Below, in pieces: positions 28,868 to 38,419 of a stretch of 64,000 nt of DNA. This DNA comes from an uncultured delta proteobacterium (GTDB taxonomy: Bacteria > Myxococcota_A > Polyangia > Fen-1088), in contig CAWCMR010000015.1 in the NCBI GenBank assembly GCA_963796685.1, forward strand, positions 288,001 to 352,000, in the 5' to 3' direction. The stretch's first letter is position 1. Every line of letters begins with the position of its first letter. A program made the position numbers and the translations under genes. The notes beneath the pieces are model-generated. The model had not been told where the DNA came from. It ran no database searches and worked only from the letters and a program-made list of their open reading frames with translations.

Positions 28868-29074
28868 TCAGCGCTTCTTCACGCGCACGACGTGCACGCT
28901 ACACATCGTCCTGGCCGTGACCGCCGATGCCACCGACTGCGACCATGCGCGGCCGCTCTCGGAGGGGGCGCCGAGGACGACGAGGTCCGCGTTGTTGTGC
29001 CTGGCGAAATCGACGATGACCTCTGCGGGGGTGCTGGACTCGACTGCGTGCAGGGAGAGTCGTTGGGTGGGCAG
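28868..29074 (-). pseudogene. Universal stress protein (USP) domain remnant, likely the tail of a Ser/Thr kinase-USP fusion
   Basis: Start-less frame LPTQRLSLHAVESSTPAEVIVDFARHNNADLVVLGAP...SVASAVTARTMCSVHVVRVKKR*. Confidence 0.75.
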
Positions 29075-29270
29075 GCAACTCGGGCATTCGGGGGAGGATG
29101 CACGGATTGACGCTTGACCCTGCTCTCAAGCTCTCCGATTCTTGGGGAAATTTTTGGCCAGTTGTAAGAAAATCCGTGGACAAGTCGATGCGCTCCGTCG
29201 CTCTAATCGGGACACATCCTTATCGCCCCACTGCTTCGGAGCCCCCAACCGTCAGCCCCCAGGAGTACCA

Positions 29271-30575
29271 ATGCCCAAATCGAGATGGATCCTCTTCTGC
29301 GCTTGCCTCGTCGCGTCGTTTTCGCTTGCTGAATGTGGCGGTGGGGGCGGGTCGGGTGGAACATCGCAAGGCGGCACGGGCTTGGGCGGATCGAGCTCCA
29401 CGGGCGGCACGACCTCCGCGGGTGGCACAACCTCCGCGGGCGGAGCCAGCGGATCGGGCGGCATAAGCTCCACGGGCGGCATGAAGGCCACGGGCGGCAC
29501 AACCTCCGCGGGCGGTGCGAGCGGATCGGGCGGCACGAGCTCCACGGGCGGCACGAAGGCCACGGGTGGCACGACTTCCGGCGGCGGTACGACGTCCTCG
29601 GGTGGCACCACGCCCTCCGGTGGAACGAGCGGATCGGGTGGTACGACCTCCGCGGGCGGCACCACGTCCGCGGGCGGCACGACGTCCATGGGTGGAACGA
29701 CATCATCAGGCGGTACGACCACCGCCACCACGGACTGCTTGGGTCAAGCCCTGGCAAAGCCCGGCGATTCGACCAGCACGTCGAAGCAATACCTGAATCT
29801 GGGTGACATGCGCCTGATCGACAATCGATGGGGAGCCGACGCGCTCAACTGCACCAGTGCAGCGACCTACAAGGTCTACGTCAACACGGACAAGACCATC
29901 GGCTATGATTTCAACCGCGGCAAGTGCGACAACAACCCGCCCGCCCAGCAGAAAGGGCACCCTGACTACCCGGAGATCGAGTTCGGGGTCGCGCCTTTCG
30001 GCTCCAGCAGCTCGAACTTGACCTCCCCGCCGTGTCCTTCCACCGCTCTGCTGCCCAGACAGATCAAGGACATCACGAGCGCGAGCGTGACCATCGACAG
30101 CTTCGCCAGCACGTACCAGCAGTCCACCAACTACGACACCAACTTCGAGTTCTGGATCAGCAAGAACAATCCCGCCACGAGCGCCGACGGAGGTGTCTTC
30201 GCCGAAATCATCGTCTTCTTGAGCTGGGATAGCAGCCGAGCGGCAGGAGGTTGCGACAAGAGCGGGAACGTGACCGCCAGCGGAATCTCGTACAAACTTT
30301 GTCACCAGAGCGACACGTGGGCCAATGGTCAGTGGCGCTTCTACAATTTCTACCTCAGCAACGGCCCCCAGAACACCTTCTCGGGCAAGGGCGATGTCAA
30401 GGGGATCCTCGATTGGGTGATGCAAAACTACACTGGCGGCATCACCTCGGACATGTGGCTGACGCGTATCGAAGTCGGGAGCGAGATCGACGACAACACC
30501 CAAGGCACGGTCAAGATCAACAACCTCACCTTCGAGGTGAACGGTACCTCCAAGCCCATCCAGCTCGCCCAGTAG
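29271..30575 (+). CDS. GH12-like glycoside hydrolase with repetitive Gly/Thr/Ser linker, exported (probable lipoprotein)
   Basis: AGGAG RBS; signal ...SLAE-C; DNRWG, YPEIEFG, AEIIVFLSW, IEVGSEI resemble GH12 motifs. Confidence 0.7.
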   Translation: MPKSRWILFCACLVASFSLAECGGGGGSGGTSQGGTGLGGSSSTGGTTSAGGTTSAGGASGSGGISSTGGMKATGGTTSAGGASGSGGTSSTGGTKATGGTTSGGGTTSSGGTTPSGGTSGSGGTTSAGGTTSAGGTTSMGGTTSSGGTTTATTDCLGQALAKPGDSTSTSKQYLNLGDMRLIDNRWGADALNCTSAATYKVYVNTDKTIGYDFNRGKCDNNPPAQQKGHPDYPEIEFGVAPFGSSSSNLTSPPCPSTALLPRQIKDITSASVTIDSFASTYQQSTNYDTNFEFWISKNNPATSADGGVFAEIIVFLSWDSSRAAGGCDKSGNVTASGISYKLCHQSDTWANGQWRFYNFYLSNGPQNTFSGKGDVKGILDWVMQNYTGGITSDMWLTRIEVGSEIDDNTQGTVKINNLTFEVNGTSKPIQLAQ

Positions 30576-30582
30576 TGGGCTG

Positions 30583-30617
30583 CCGGGCGACGTTTCGACA
30601 GCGAAACGTCGGCCCGG
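30583..30617. terminator. Hairpin between convergent genes
   Basis: CGACGTTTCG-ACAG-CGAAACGTCG perfect 10-bp stem, extended by CCGGG/CCCGG. Confidence 0.55.
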
Positions 30618-30621
30618 GAGA

Positions 30622-31959
30622 TCAGATCATCTGCCAGTACATCATCGCTATCTGAAGCGTGCCGAAACCGATCAGGAAAGTCCATTGAGCATAGCGTCGG
30701 CCGGCCGAGTCGTCGCGTTCCCACGCGGGCAGTGCGAGTAGCAGCCAGCATCCGAGCACGTGTGCGTAGTAGCGGCCCCAGAATGGCCCGCGTACCGCAA
30801 CCATGCTGGCAAAGAACAGGACCACGAACAAGGCGAGGCCCTGGTAGGCGGGCTCGCGCCAGCTTCGATTGCGCCACACCAGGCCAATATAGGGACCAAG
30901 CAGGAAGCCCGAGGCGAAAACGAATCGTTGCCACGAGAAATCGATCTCGTTCCATCCCGTGCCCATGAGCGTGACTTGCGACAGAAAATTGCCCTGGAAA
31001 CGGAACACGCCGAGGTAGACCAGGAACAGCAACACGGGGACCAGCGCGGTCCAGAAGCCGGTGACGAACAGACGCGCAAAATCGAGGCGGCGCGCATTCG
31101 CCGGTTCCACGACAGCGACCAGGGTCGGAATCGCCAGCAACGGGAAAAGCGTGGTCTTTTGCAGCACGCCGAGTGCGAGCACGGTGCACAGTACCGCAAG
31201 GCGGCGCCGCGTCGGCTGTTCTCGCCAGCGCAACCACGCGTGAAAAAACAGCAGTACGAAAAAGCCGTTAATCGCGTCGAGCTGGATGAAGAAGGCGTTG
31301 CGCATGGTCGCGACGTTGGTCAGGAACAGAACGCCCAGCGGCCAGAAGGTCGCGCTAGGCGCCAGTCGGCGCGCCAGCGCGCGCAGGAGCACAAGCGAGA
31401 GCACGGTCGCCGCCGCGCTGAAGATCTGCATGAGCAGCAGCGAATGTGGAAGAACGAACATTCCCAGCGCGACCGCGAAGGGCGTCAGCGGGCTGGCAGA
31501 ATGCGGGTACTCGCGTGCGAAGCTCCGCACCACGGCGAGTACGTGGGGGTTCGGGTGGCGCATCAAGTGGTGCAGCTGCTCACCGAATTCCCAGTAGAGA
31601 TCCCATGTCGGATACGACCAATAGGCGTAGTGGCGCCACGAGAGCCAAGCTCCGAGTAGCAGCAGGGCGCCGTAGAGGATCGTCTCGTGGGCCGGGGAGA
31701 GCCTACGAAACACCGGGCCGCGCGCAGGTCGCCGGGCATCGAGCAGAGTCGCCACGGCGATTGCCGCCACCACGGCCGCCGCGAAGAGGATCGCATACGG
31801 CAGATCGGCCAACAACTGCAGGTAGGCGCGGGAAAGCGTGGGGTCCGAATACGGGACCTTGAGGCACGCAACGAACCAGGCGGGGAAGATCCTCCAAGCC
31901 AGGCCGAGCGCGGCCAGGGCGCCGGCCAAAACAAAAGTCAGGCGGTTGCGAGCGTTCAC
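30622..31959 (-). CDS. Polytopic membrane protein, GT-C (PMT/ArnT-like) glycosyltransferase candidate
   Basis: Many TM helices; WDLY, YPHSASPL, LQKTT, GRYY patterns. Confidence 0.6.
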   Translation of the reverse strand: MNARNRLTFVLAGALAALGLAWRIFPAWFVACLKVPYSDPTLSRAYLQLLADLPYAILFAAAVVAAIAVATLLDARRPARGPVFRRLSPAHETILYGALLLLGAWLSWRHYAYWSYPTWDLYWEFGEQLHHLMRHPNPHVLAVVRSFAREYPHSASPLTPFAVALGMFVLPHSLLLMQIFSAAATVLSLVLLRALARRLAPSATFWPLGVLFLTNVATMRNAFFIQLDAINGFFVLLFFHAWLRWREQPTRRRLAVLCTVLALGVLQKTTLFPLLAIPTLVAVVEPANARRLDFARLFVTGFWTALVPVLLFLVYLGVFRFQGNFLSQVTLMGTGWNEIDFSWQRFVFASGFLLGPYIGLVWRNRSWREPAYQGLALFVVLFFASMVAVRGPFWGRYYAHVLGCWLLLALPAWERDDSAGRRYAQWTFLIGFGTLQIAMMYWQMI

Positions 31960-32068
31960 GGTTCCTCGGGTGGAGTTGGATATCGGGGCAACCTTCTACC
32001 CGACGAGCGGCAGGAACGAAAGTCTCCGCGTCGCCAAGGCCAGTCTACCCCATCGTGCTTCCGACCTC

Positions 32069-32815
32069 CTACTCGCGGCGAAACCACACCAGGGCGAGCA
32101 CCACCATCGTCCCAGAGAAGGTGAGGAGGACGGCAAGATCCAGCTCCACCGAGAACGGACTCGGCTGGGCAAGCGCGTGGCGCATGAGATCCACCCCGTA
32201 GGTCACGGGGTTGAGGCGCACCAGAACCGCCATCCACGTGGGCAGGTGCTCCACCGGAAAGACGCCGCCGGAGAGAAAATAGAGCGGCATGATGACGAAG
32301 TTGGAGATGATTCCGAAGCCCTCGAAGGTCTGCATGCGTGTCGCCAACACGACCCCCATGGCCGAAATTCCGAGCGACAGGATGGCGATGACGCCGAGAA
32401 GGGCAAAGAACGAGGTCAGGCCGAGGTGCAAGCCGACGACGGGAGCAAAGAGGAGCGTCAGACAGCCTTGCACGATGGTGACCACGGTTCCCGAGAGTGT
32501 CTTGCCGAGGACGATGGTCACCCTGGAGATGGGCGCGACCAAGACCTCTTTGAGGAAGCCGAACTCGCGATCCCAGATGATGGTCACGCCTTGGAACATG
32601 CCCCCGAAGAGCACCGCCATGGCGATGGCGCCGGCGAAGACGAAGCGCTGGTAGCCGACGCCGCCCGCGAGCCGCACCGAGGCGCTGAGCCCCTTGCCCA
32701 TGAAGATCAACCACAGCAGGGGGCGGGCGAGGGCCCCGAGCACCTGGCTGCGGTCGCGAGCGAAGCGCACGAGGTCGCGCCAAGTGAGCGCCCACATGGC
32801 CTCGATGTCGTTCAC
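32069..32815 (-). CDS. ABC-2 type permease (DrrB-like)
   Basis: WDREFGFLKEVLVAP, FLSGGVFP, LNPVTYGVD. Confidence 0.92.
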   Translation of the reverse strand: MNDIEAMWALTWRDLVRFARDRSQVLGALARPLLWLIFMGKGLSASVRLAGGVGYQRFVFAGAIAMAVLFGGMFQGVTIIWDREFGFLKEVLVAPISRVTIVLGKTLSGTVVTIVQGCLTLLFAPVVGLHLGLTSFFALLGVIAILSLGISAMGVVLATRMQTFEGFGIISNFVIMPLYFLSGGVFPVEHLPTWMAVLVRLNPVTYGVDLMRHALAQPSPFSVELDLAVLLTFSGTMVVLALVWFRRE

Positions 32816-33795
32816 GACCGCCTCCGCATGCGTACCATCCGGCGCAGCACGTCCCGGTTCGACGCCTCGTCCGGACGGATCGAGTGTCCGGTGAGCGCGA
32901 TGAACGCATCCTCCAGCGTCGGTTTCTGCAAGCTCAAGCGCCGAAGCTCCACGGGAAAGTGGCCGAGCCGCGCCAGGAACTCCTCGCCATTCGACACCGC
33001 GAACTCGAGCCCGCGCTCCGTCTCCTGCGGTTCGACGCCGAAGCGCGTGCGGAGCTCGTGCCCGGCTTTCGCGTCGTCCACCGTGGTCAGCGTCACCCGC
33101 TCCTCGCCTGCTCTGCTCTTGAGCTCGGTCGGCGAGCCTTCGGCCACGAGCTTTCCGTGGTCGATGATGGCCAGGCGGTCGCAGTTTTCCGCCTCTTCCA
33201 TGTAGTGGGTAGTCAGGAAAATGGTCAACTGTTCGCGCTGCCGTAGCGCATGCAACCGTTCCCACATCGCGCGACGAGTCTGTGGATCCAGCCCCGAGGT
33301 TGGCTCGTCGAGGAAGAGCACCCGGGGCCGGTGCAGAAGCGCCCGCGCGACTTCGAGTCGCCGGCGCATGCCCCCTGAAAAGGTCCGCACGCGCTGGTTG
33401 GCTTCGGAGGTCAGGCCGATCCACGCCAGACCCTCCTCGATGCGCGCGCGCCGGACCGCGCGTGGCACGCCGTAGATCATGCAATGGATCTTCAGGTTCT
33501 CGCGCGCGGTAAGACGGTCGTCGACGGCGGGATCTTGAAAGATGAGACCGAGCGATCGGCGAACTTGCGCCGGCTCGGCGACCACGTCATGCCCGGCAAC
33601 CCGCGCCAGGCCCTGGGAGGGACGAAGGAGGGTGCAGAGAATCTTGATGGTCGTGGATTTGCCCGCGCCGTTCGGCCCGAGCAGGCCGAAGATCTGCCCC
33701 GTCGGGACCGTGAACGACACGTCGTCGACCGCGGAAAGCTCGCCAAAACGGCGCACCAGACCCTCGACCTCGATGGCATGGGTTGCTTGATTCAT
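32812..33795 (-). CDS. ABC transporter ATP-binding protein (DrrA-like)
   Basis: GPNGAGKST, FSGGMRRR, LDEPT, TTHYMEEA. Confidence 0.95.
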   Translation of the reverse strand: MNQATHAIEVEGLVRRFGELSAVDDVSFTVPTGQIFGLLGPNGAGKSTTIKILCTLLRPSQGLARVAGHDVVAEPAQVRRSLGLIFQDPAVDDRLTARENLKIHCMIYGVPRAVRRARIEEGLAWIGLTSEANQRVRTFSGGMRRRLEVARALLHRPRVLFLDEPTSGLDPQTRRAMWERLHALRQREQLTIFLTTHYMEEAENCDRLAIIDHGKLVAEGSPTELKSRAGEERVTLTTVDDAKAGHELRTRFGVEPQETERGLEFAVSNGEEFLARLGHFPVELRRLSLQKPTLEDAFIALTGHSIRPDEASNRDVLRRMVRMRRRS

Positions 33796-34415
33796 AGGGA
33801 GTCGAGGATCTCCTTGCAGCTCGCCGTGGTCGTCAGCCTGGCGAGGTTGGCCAAGGATCGTTCGTGGCTTTCCCGGCTCATGGAGGAAACGCAGTCGGTC
33901 ACGACGACAGGGTAGAATCCGCGCGCGGCTGCGTCCCGCGCCGAAAGCTCGACGCCCATTTCGGTGGCGATGCCGGTGAAGATTAGGCTCTTGATGCCAC
34001 GGTTCTTCATCATGAGCTCGAAGTTGGTTCCGAGGAAGATGTTCGCGGTGGACTTGTCCAGCTGGATATCGCCCGGCTTGGGTTTCACCAAGTCCGGGAT
34101 TTCGCGTTCCGGAGAGCCTGGCGCCATGAAGGGCGGGAGCCTGGCCGGGTCGTCGATGCGCAGCCTGCGCATCATGGATAGGATGCTCCAGCCCGATTGG
34201 TAGGCCGGAGGCAAAGGGGTGATCAGGGTGTAGACGACCGGCATCTTCCCGCGCACGCCGCCGATGAGAGTCTTGAGCGAATCCAGAAAGACGTCCTTGT
34301 TGAAAATGCGGTCGACCAGACCCGCTTGGACGTCCCAGACCACGAGACAGGCGTGCGACGGATCGACGATTTCCGAGAGGGTCTCGTACAGCTCCACTCC
34401 GTTGAAGGTTTTCAT
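33792..34415 (-). CDS. Isochorismatase-family hydrolase
   Basis: AAGGAG RBS; LVVWDVQ, DK, GIATEMGVELSARDA. Confidence 0.88.
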   Translation of the reverse strand: MKTFNGVELYETLSEIVDPSHACLVVWDVQAGLVDRIFNKDVFLDSLKTLIGGVRGKMPVVYTLITPLPPAYQSGWSILSMMRRLRIDDPARLPPFMAPGSPEREIPDLVKPKPGDIQLDKSTANIFLGTNFELMMKNRGIKSLIFTGIATEMGVELSARDAAARGFYPVVVTDCVSSMSRESHERSLANLARLTTTASCKEILDSL

Positions 34416-34438
34416 GGCGTTCTCCTTTTCTGGCGTCT

Positions 34439-36028
34439 TCATTCCAAGAGCTCGGCAGGCTCGGCGGCCGTGTGGGCACGTGCCCTGGACTTGGATGCGA
34501 GGAAGAGGGCGGGGATTGCGCCGGCGGCGACGATTCCCGCGCCGACCAGAAAGGCGTCGTCGAACGCCAGCACCGAGGCAGCGCTGGCGGCCGCACGTGC
34601 GACGAGGGCGTGCGCGAGCCTTCCCGCCTCGAAGGGCGACCTCCCGAGCGCGAGGGCGCGTAAGGCGAGGGCGCGCACGGCTTGCGTCAGCGCCGGCCTT
34701 GTCCCGTCGAGACCCTGACCCACCACCGCGAGGTGGAAGGTCGCCCTTCGGCCGAGAATACACGCCAGCACGGCGATGCCGAGAGAACCCGACACCTGTT
34801 GTGTCAGGCTCAACATCGACGAGGCCATGCCGGCCTTGGAGGTGGGGACGGCATTGATGGCCGCAGTCATGACGGGCGTGACCAGCAAGCCTAACCCCAC
34901 ACCACGAATGAGGGTGGGGAAGAGGACGTCCCACGTGCTGGTCGTCACGTCGAGCCTGCGGTACGTCCACATGAACCAGGCGATGAGCGCCAGCCCGACG
35001 AGGGTGGGGGCACGCGGTCCGAACCTGTCGGCAATGCGGCCGGAAACCAGCATGACCAGACCCATCACGAGCGCGCCTGGAAGCAGCAAGAGCCCGGTCT
35101 CGATCTCGGTCCGGCCCATCAGGTCCTGCAGGAACAACGGCAAGAGGAAGATGCCGCCGTAGAGTGCGACGGAGCGGGCCGACGTCACCACCATGGCGAC
35201 GGTGAACTGGGGCTTGCGGAAGAGTCCGAGGTCGAGGATGCGCTCGGAGACGACACTCTCGACGGCCAGGAAGAGCACGAACGAGACGCTGCTCACCAGG
35301 GCGCAGGTGACGACGTAGCGCGAGCTCCAGCCCTCGCGATTGCCGTTCGACAGGCCCAGCAGCGCGGCGACGAGAAAGGCAGTGAGGAGCACGAACCCCG
35401 GCAGGTCGAAGCCTCGATGGGTCTCGGCGTGCGGTTTGTCTCTGCGAAGGATGCGGGTCGCGGCGAAGAGCCCGACGATGCCGATGGGAAGGTTGATGTT
35501 GAAGATGCTCCGCCAGCCGAGGGTCTCGGTCAGGTACCCGCCCAGCGTCGGGCCGAAGGCGGGACCGACCACGACGCCCACCCCCCACAATCCGAGAGCG
35601 CGGCCTCGCTCCATGGGGGGAAAGACCTCGGCGATCATGGCCAACCCGGTGGGGGTGATGGCGCCGCCACCGAATGCCTGCAGCACCCGCGCGAGAACCA
35701 AGACCGGCAAGGTGGGAGCGAGGCCGCACAGGACGGAGCCCCCGACGAACACGGCCAAGCTGGCGAGGTAGAGCACCCGGTACCCCACGCGATCCCGCAA
35801 CCACGCGGTCAGGGGCATGAAGGTCGAGAAGCCGAGCATGTACCCGGTCACCACCCACTCGATGTCGTCCACGCTGGCGCCGAAGCTGGCCATCATGTTC
35901 GGCAGCGAGACGTTGACGATGCTCGTGTCGAGCGCCGACATGACCGTCCCCAACATGACGACGCCGAGGACGCGCCAGCGATATCCGTCATCGGTCGCCC
36001 CGCCGGGCGCTCCATCCGCCTGCCTCAT
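34439..36028 (-). CDS. DHA2 (EmrB/QacA) MFS efflux permease
   Basis: LDTSIVNV, WVVTGY, RVLQAFGGG, GPTLGG, WRSIFNINLP. Confidence 0.95.
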   Translation of the reverse strand: MRQADGAPGGATDDGYRWRVLGVVMLGTVMSALDTSIVNVSLPNMMASFGASVDDIEWVVTGYMLGFSTFMPLTAWLRDRVGYRVLYLASLAVFVGGSVLCGLAPTLPVLVLARVLQAFGGGAITPTGLAMIAEVFPPMERGRALGLWGVGVVVGPAFGPTLGGYLTETLGWRSIFNINLPIGIVGLFAATRILRRDKPHAETHRGFDLPGFVLLTAFLVAALLGLSNGNREGWSSRYVVTCALVSSVSFVLFLAVESVVSERILDLGLFRKPQFTVAMVVTSARSVALYGGIFLLPLFLQDLMGRTEIETGLLLLPGALVMGLVMLVSGRIADRFGPRAPTLVGLALIAWFMWTYRRLDVTTSTWDVLFPTLIRGVGLGLLVTPVMTAAINAVPTSKAGMASSMLSLTQQVSGSLGIAVLACILGRRATFHLAVVGQGLDGTRPALTQAVRALALRALALGRSPFEAGRLAHALVARAAASAASVLAFDDAFLVGAGIVAAGAIPALFLASKSRARAHTAAEPAELLE

Positions 36029-37308
36029 CGAACCCGGATCCTGACCTCGACCGACTCGCCGGTCCGCAACGAGAGCAGCCGCGGGCTCGGATCGATGGTG
36101 AGACGAATGGGGATGCGCTGCACGACCTTGGTGAAGTTGCCCGCGGCGTTGTCGGCCGGAATCAGGGCGAATTCGGCGGCCGACGATTGCGTGATCACGT
36201 CGACATGGCCGGTGAGCTCACCTCCCTCGTCGATGGTGATGTGTGCGGGTTGTCCTCGGCGAAGCAAGCCCGAGGCGGTTTCCTCGATGTTGGCGGCGAT
36301 CCAGGCGTGTGCGATGTCGACGATGGTGACCGCACCTTGCGCGGGCGAAAGATAGTCCCCTGGATCGACGCTGACTCGCACCACGACCCCGTCGACGCTG
36401 CTCTTCAGGGTCATGCGCGCCAGGGCGACCTCGGCCAAGTCGAGGTCGGCACGCGCCTGTGCGGACTGGGCCCGTGCCTCTTCGACCTGGCGAAGGCGAA
36501 AGGCGACGCGATCCGTGCCGGCGCCAGCGTCGAGCAGTCCCGCCTTGGCCGACAATACCCCGCTTTGCGCGATGGAAATGTCCTCGGAGCGACTGCCGTG
36601 CTCGAGGAGATCGAGCGCGGCACGCCTGGACTCGAACGAGGCGCGCGCGGCTGCTTCGTGGGTGCGAGCTTCCTCCAGCGCCACCTGGGACACGGCGCCT
36701 GCGCGCGCCAGCCCTTCGGATCGGTCGAGATCGCGGCGGCCCTGGGCGGCGAGCGTCTCGGCCGCGGCGACCTCGGCGCGCGCCCTGTCGATCTCCTCGG
36801 CGCGCGCCCCGCGCTTGGTGCGATCTTCGGAGGCTTGGGCTGAATGCACGGTGGCCAGCGCGCGGCGCTCCGAGACCTGCGACTGGCGGCGCTCGATGCG
36901 AAGCTGGGCCTCGGCCTCCCCGACACGCGCGTCGGCAAGGGCCACCAGCGCGCGGGCTTTCTCGACCTGGGAGCGCTGCGAGGCCGCGTCGAGCACGACC
37001 AGCGGTTCGCCGGCATGAACGCTCTCGCCCTCGCGCACGGGGACACGATCGACCCGTCCACCCGCGCCTTGCGGCGCGACCACGATCATCGGGGCGGCGA
37101 CGCGCGCATCGTCCGTCGAGACGAAGGGCCGGTAGTGAAACCACCACAGCGCGAATAGGCCGGTCAGGACGAGCGCGAGGGCCGCCAGGACGCCGCGAAG
37201 ACGTGGGTGGCGGAAGATCGGGTGCTGGAGGACGTGGATCCCTCCGCTCGGAGCGGCGGCGCGCTCGTCCGCCGCGCTCTCCGCGACCGCGGGCTTAGCG
37301 CTGGCCAT
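36025..37308 (-). CDS. HlyD/EmrA membrane fusion protein
   Basis: STDDA, long coiled coil, PADNAAGNFTKVVQRIP. Confidence 0.95.
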   Translation of the reverse strand: MASAKPAVAESAADERAAAPSGGIHVLQHPIFRHPRLRGVLAALALVLTGLFALWWFHYRPFVSTDDARVAAPMIVVAPQGAGGRVDRVPVREGESVHAGEPLVVLDAASQRSQVEKARALVALADARVGEAEAQLRIERRQSQVSERRALATVHSAQASEDRTKRGARAEEIDRARAEVAAAETLAAQGRRDLDRSEGLARAGAVSQVALEEARTHEAAARASFESRRAALDLLEHGSRSEDISIAQSGVLSAKAGLLDAGAGTDRVAFRLRQVEEARAQSAQARADLDLAEVALARMTLKSSVDGVVVRVSVDPGDYLSPAQGAVTIVDIAHAWIAANIEETASGLLRRGQPAHITIDEGGELTGHVDVITQSSAAEFALIPADNAAGNFTKVVQRIPIRLTIDPSPRLLSLRTGESVEVRIRVR

Positions 37309-37756
37309 CGCTGCCTTTCGCCAGCAGTTCGCCGCTTTCGACCCGCGCGGTGAGAAAGTCCCGGATCTTCGACGCCAGGTCCACGAAGACCCGTTTCTCG
37401 TCGGACGTCAGGGCGCCCGCCGTGGCATCGGCCAATCGCTTGTGCGCCAAAGCCAAGGGACCGAGCACGCGACGGCCGGCGTTCGTGAGGGATACCATCA
37501 TTTCTCTTCGATCGGTCTCGCTCCGTCGACGCTCCACGAGCTCACGCTTCTCGAGGTCGTCGAGCAGCCGAACCATCGCCGACGGGTCGCTTGCCGTGGC
37601 GCGCGCCAGGCATACCTGTGATACGGGACCGCAGGACGCGATCTCGCGCAGGATGCTCGCCTGCTTGCCGCTGATCTCGCCGGTGAAGGTGACCGCGGCT
37701 GCGCGCGAGACGGCTCGGCGGAGCTGGATGATGGCCTCCAGAACATTCGTTGACAT
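37295..37756 (-). CDS. MarR-family regulator
   Basis: wHTH, LVERRRSETDRREMMVSLT. Confidence 0.92.
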   Translation of the reverse strand: MSTNVLEAIIQLRRAVSRAAAVTFTGEISGKQASILREIASCGPVSQVCLARATASDPSAMVRLLDDLEKRELVERRRSETDRREMMVSLTNAGRRVLGPLALAHKRLADATAGALTSDEKRVFVDLASKIRDFLTARVESGELLAKGSDGQR

Positions 37757-37792
37757 AGCAATAATTGTATTAGCAATAATAGATCTAGGCAA
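37749..37792 (-). promoter_or_regulatory. Leaderless sigma70 promoter with tandem MarR-like operators
   Basis: TTGCCT-N17-TACAAT-N7-ATG; two TTG-N6-CAA boxes / TAGCAATAAT direct repeats 15 bp apart. Confidence 0.75.
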
Positions 37793-37909
37793 CGAAGAAG
37801 GATCTGCCGCAGCGGCCGAGTCTTACGCATTGCGAATGGAACGAACCATGGGGGGCAGGGTGCACGGGGCGATTGCCTCGAGTCCGACCTTGCTGCACCA
37901 TGGATCGCC

Positions 37910-38407
37910 GTGCGTATTTTCCTGGCGATCACCCTGTCGTGTCTCACCTCCTTGGCCCTGCCGGCGTTCGCAGCGCATCGCGTGGCCGTGCAGCCCTTCG
38001 GTGGTCCCGAAACCGAACCCCTGCGCAGACAGGTGGCCGGTATCGTCGGCAGGCATGGCTTTCGCTTGCTCACGTCGCTGGCAGCGGTCAGTGGCACGAG
38101 CCAATACCCGGGCTTGGCCAAGGAGAAGCGCCTGTCCGCGTTCGTGGTGGGCGAAGTCGTCGCAACGGGGAAGCGCCTCAGCCTGAGCTTCCTTGTCTGG
38201 CAGGGCATCGACGGCAGCGTGATCGGACGTTGGGAGGTCGCCGGCCCCAAGAACAAGATCGGTCGACGGCTGGCCAAGGAATTCTGGAAACACCTCGGCC
38301 CCGCCATCGGGAAAGCCATCGCTCCTCCGAGCGACGTCCTGCCGCCGGCGCCCCCCATGCGCATCAACGCCGGCACGCCGATCGCGGATTCGGCCGACCG
38401 GATGTGA
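37910..38407 (+). CDS. Hypothetical secreted protein
   Basis: Signal peptide ending AFA; RVAVQPFGGP N-terminal domain. Confidence 0.7.
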   Translation: MRIFLAITLSCLTSLALPAFAAHRVAVQPFGGPETEPLRRQVAGIVGRHGFRLLTSLAAVSGTSQYPGLAKEKRLSAFVVGEVVATGKRLSLSFLVWQGIDGSVIGRWEVAGPKNKIGRRLAKEFWKHLGPAIGKAIAPPSDVLPPAPPMRINAGTPIADSADRM

Positions 38408-38419
38408 GCCGGTTGGCTC

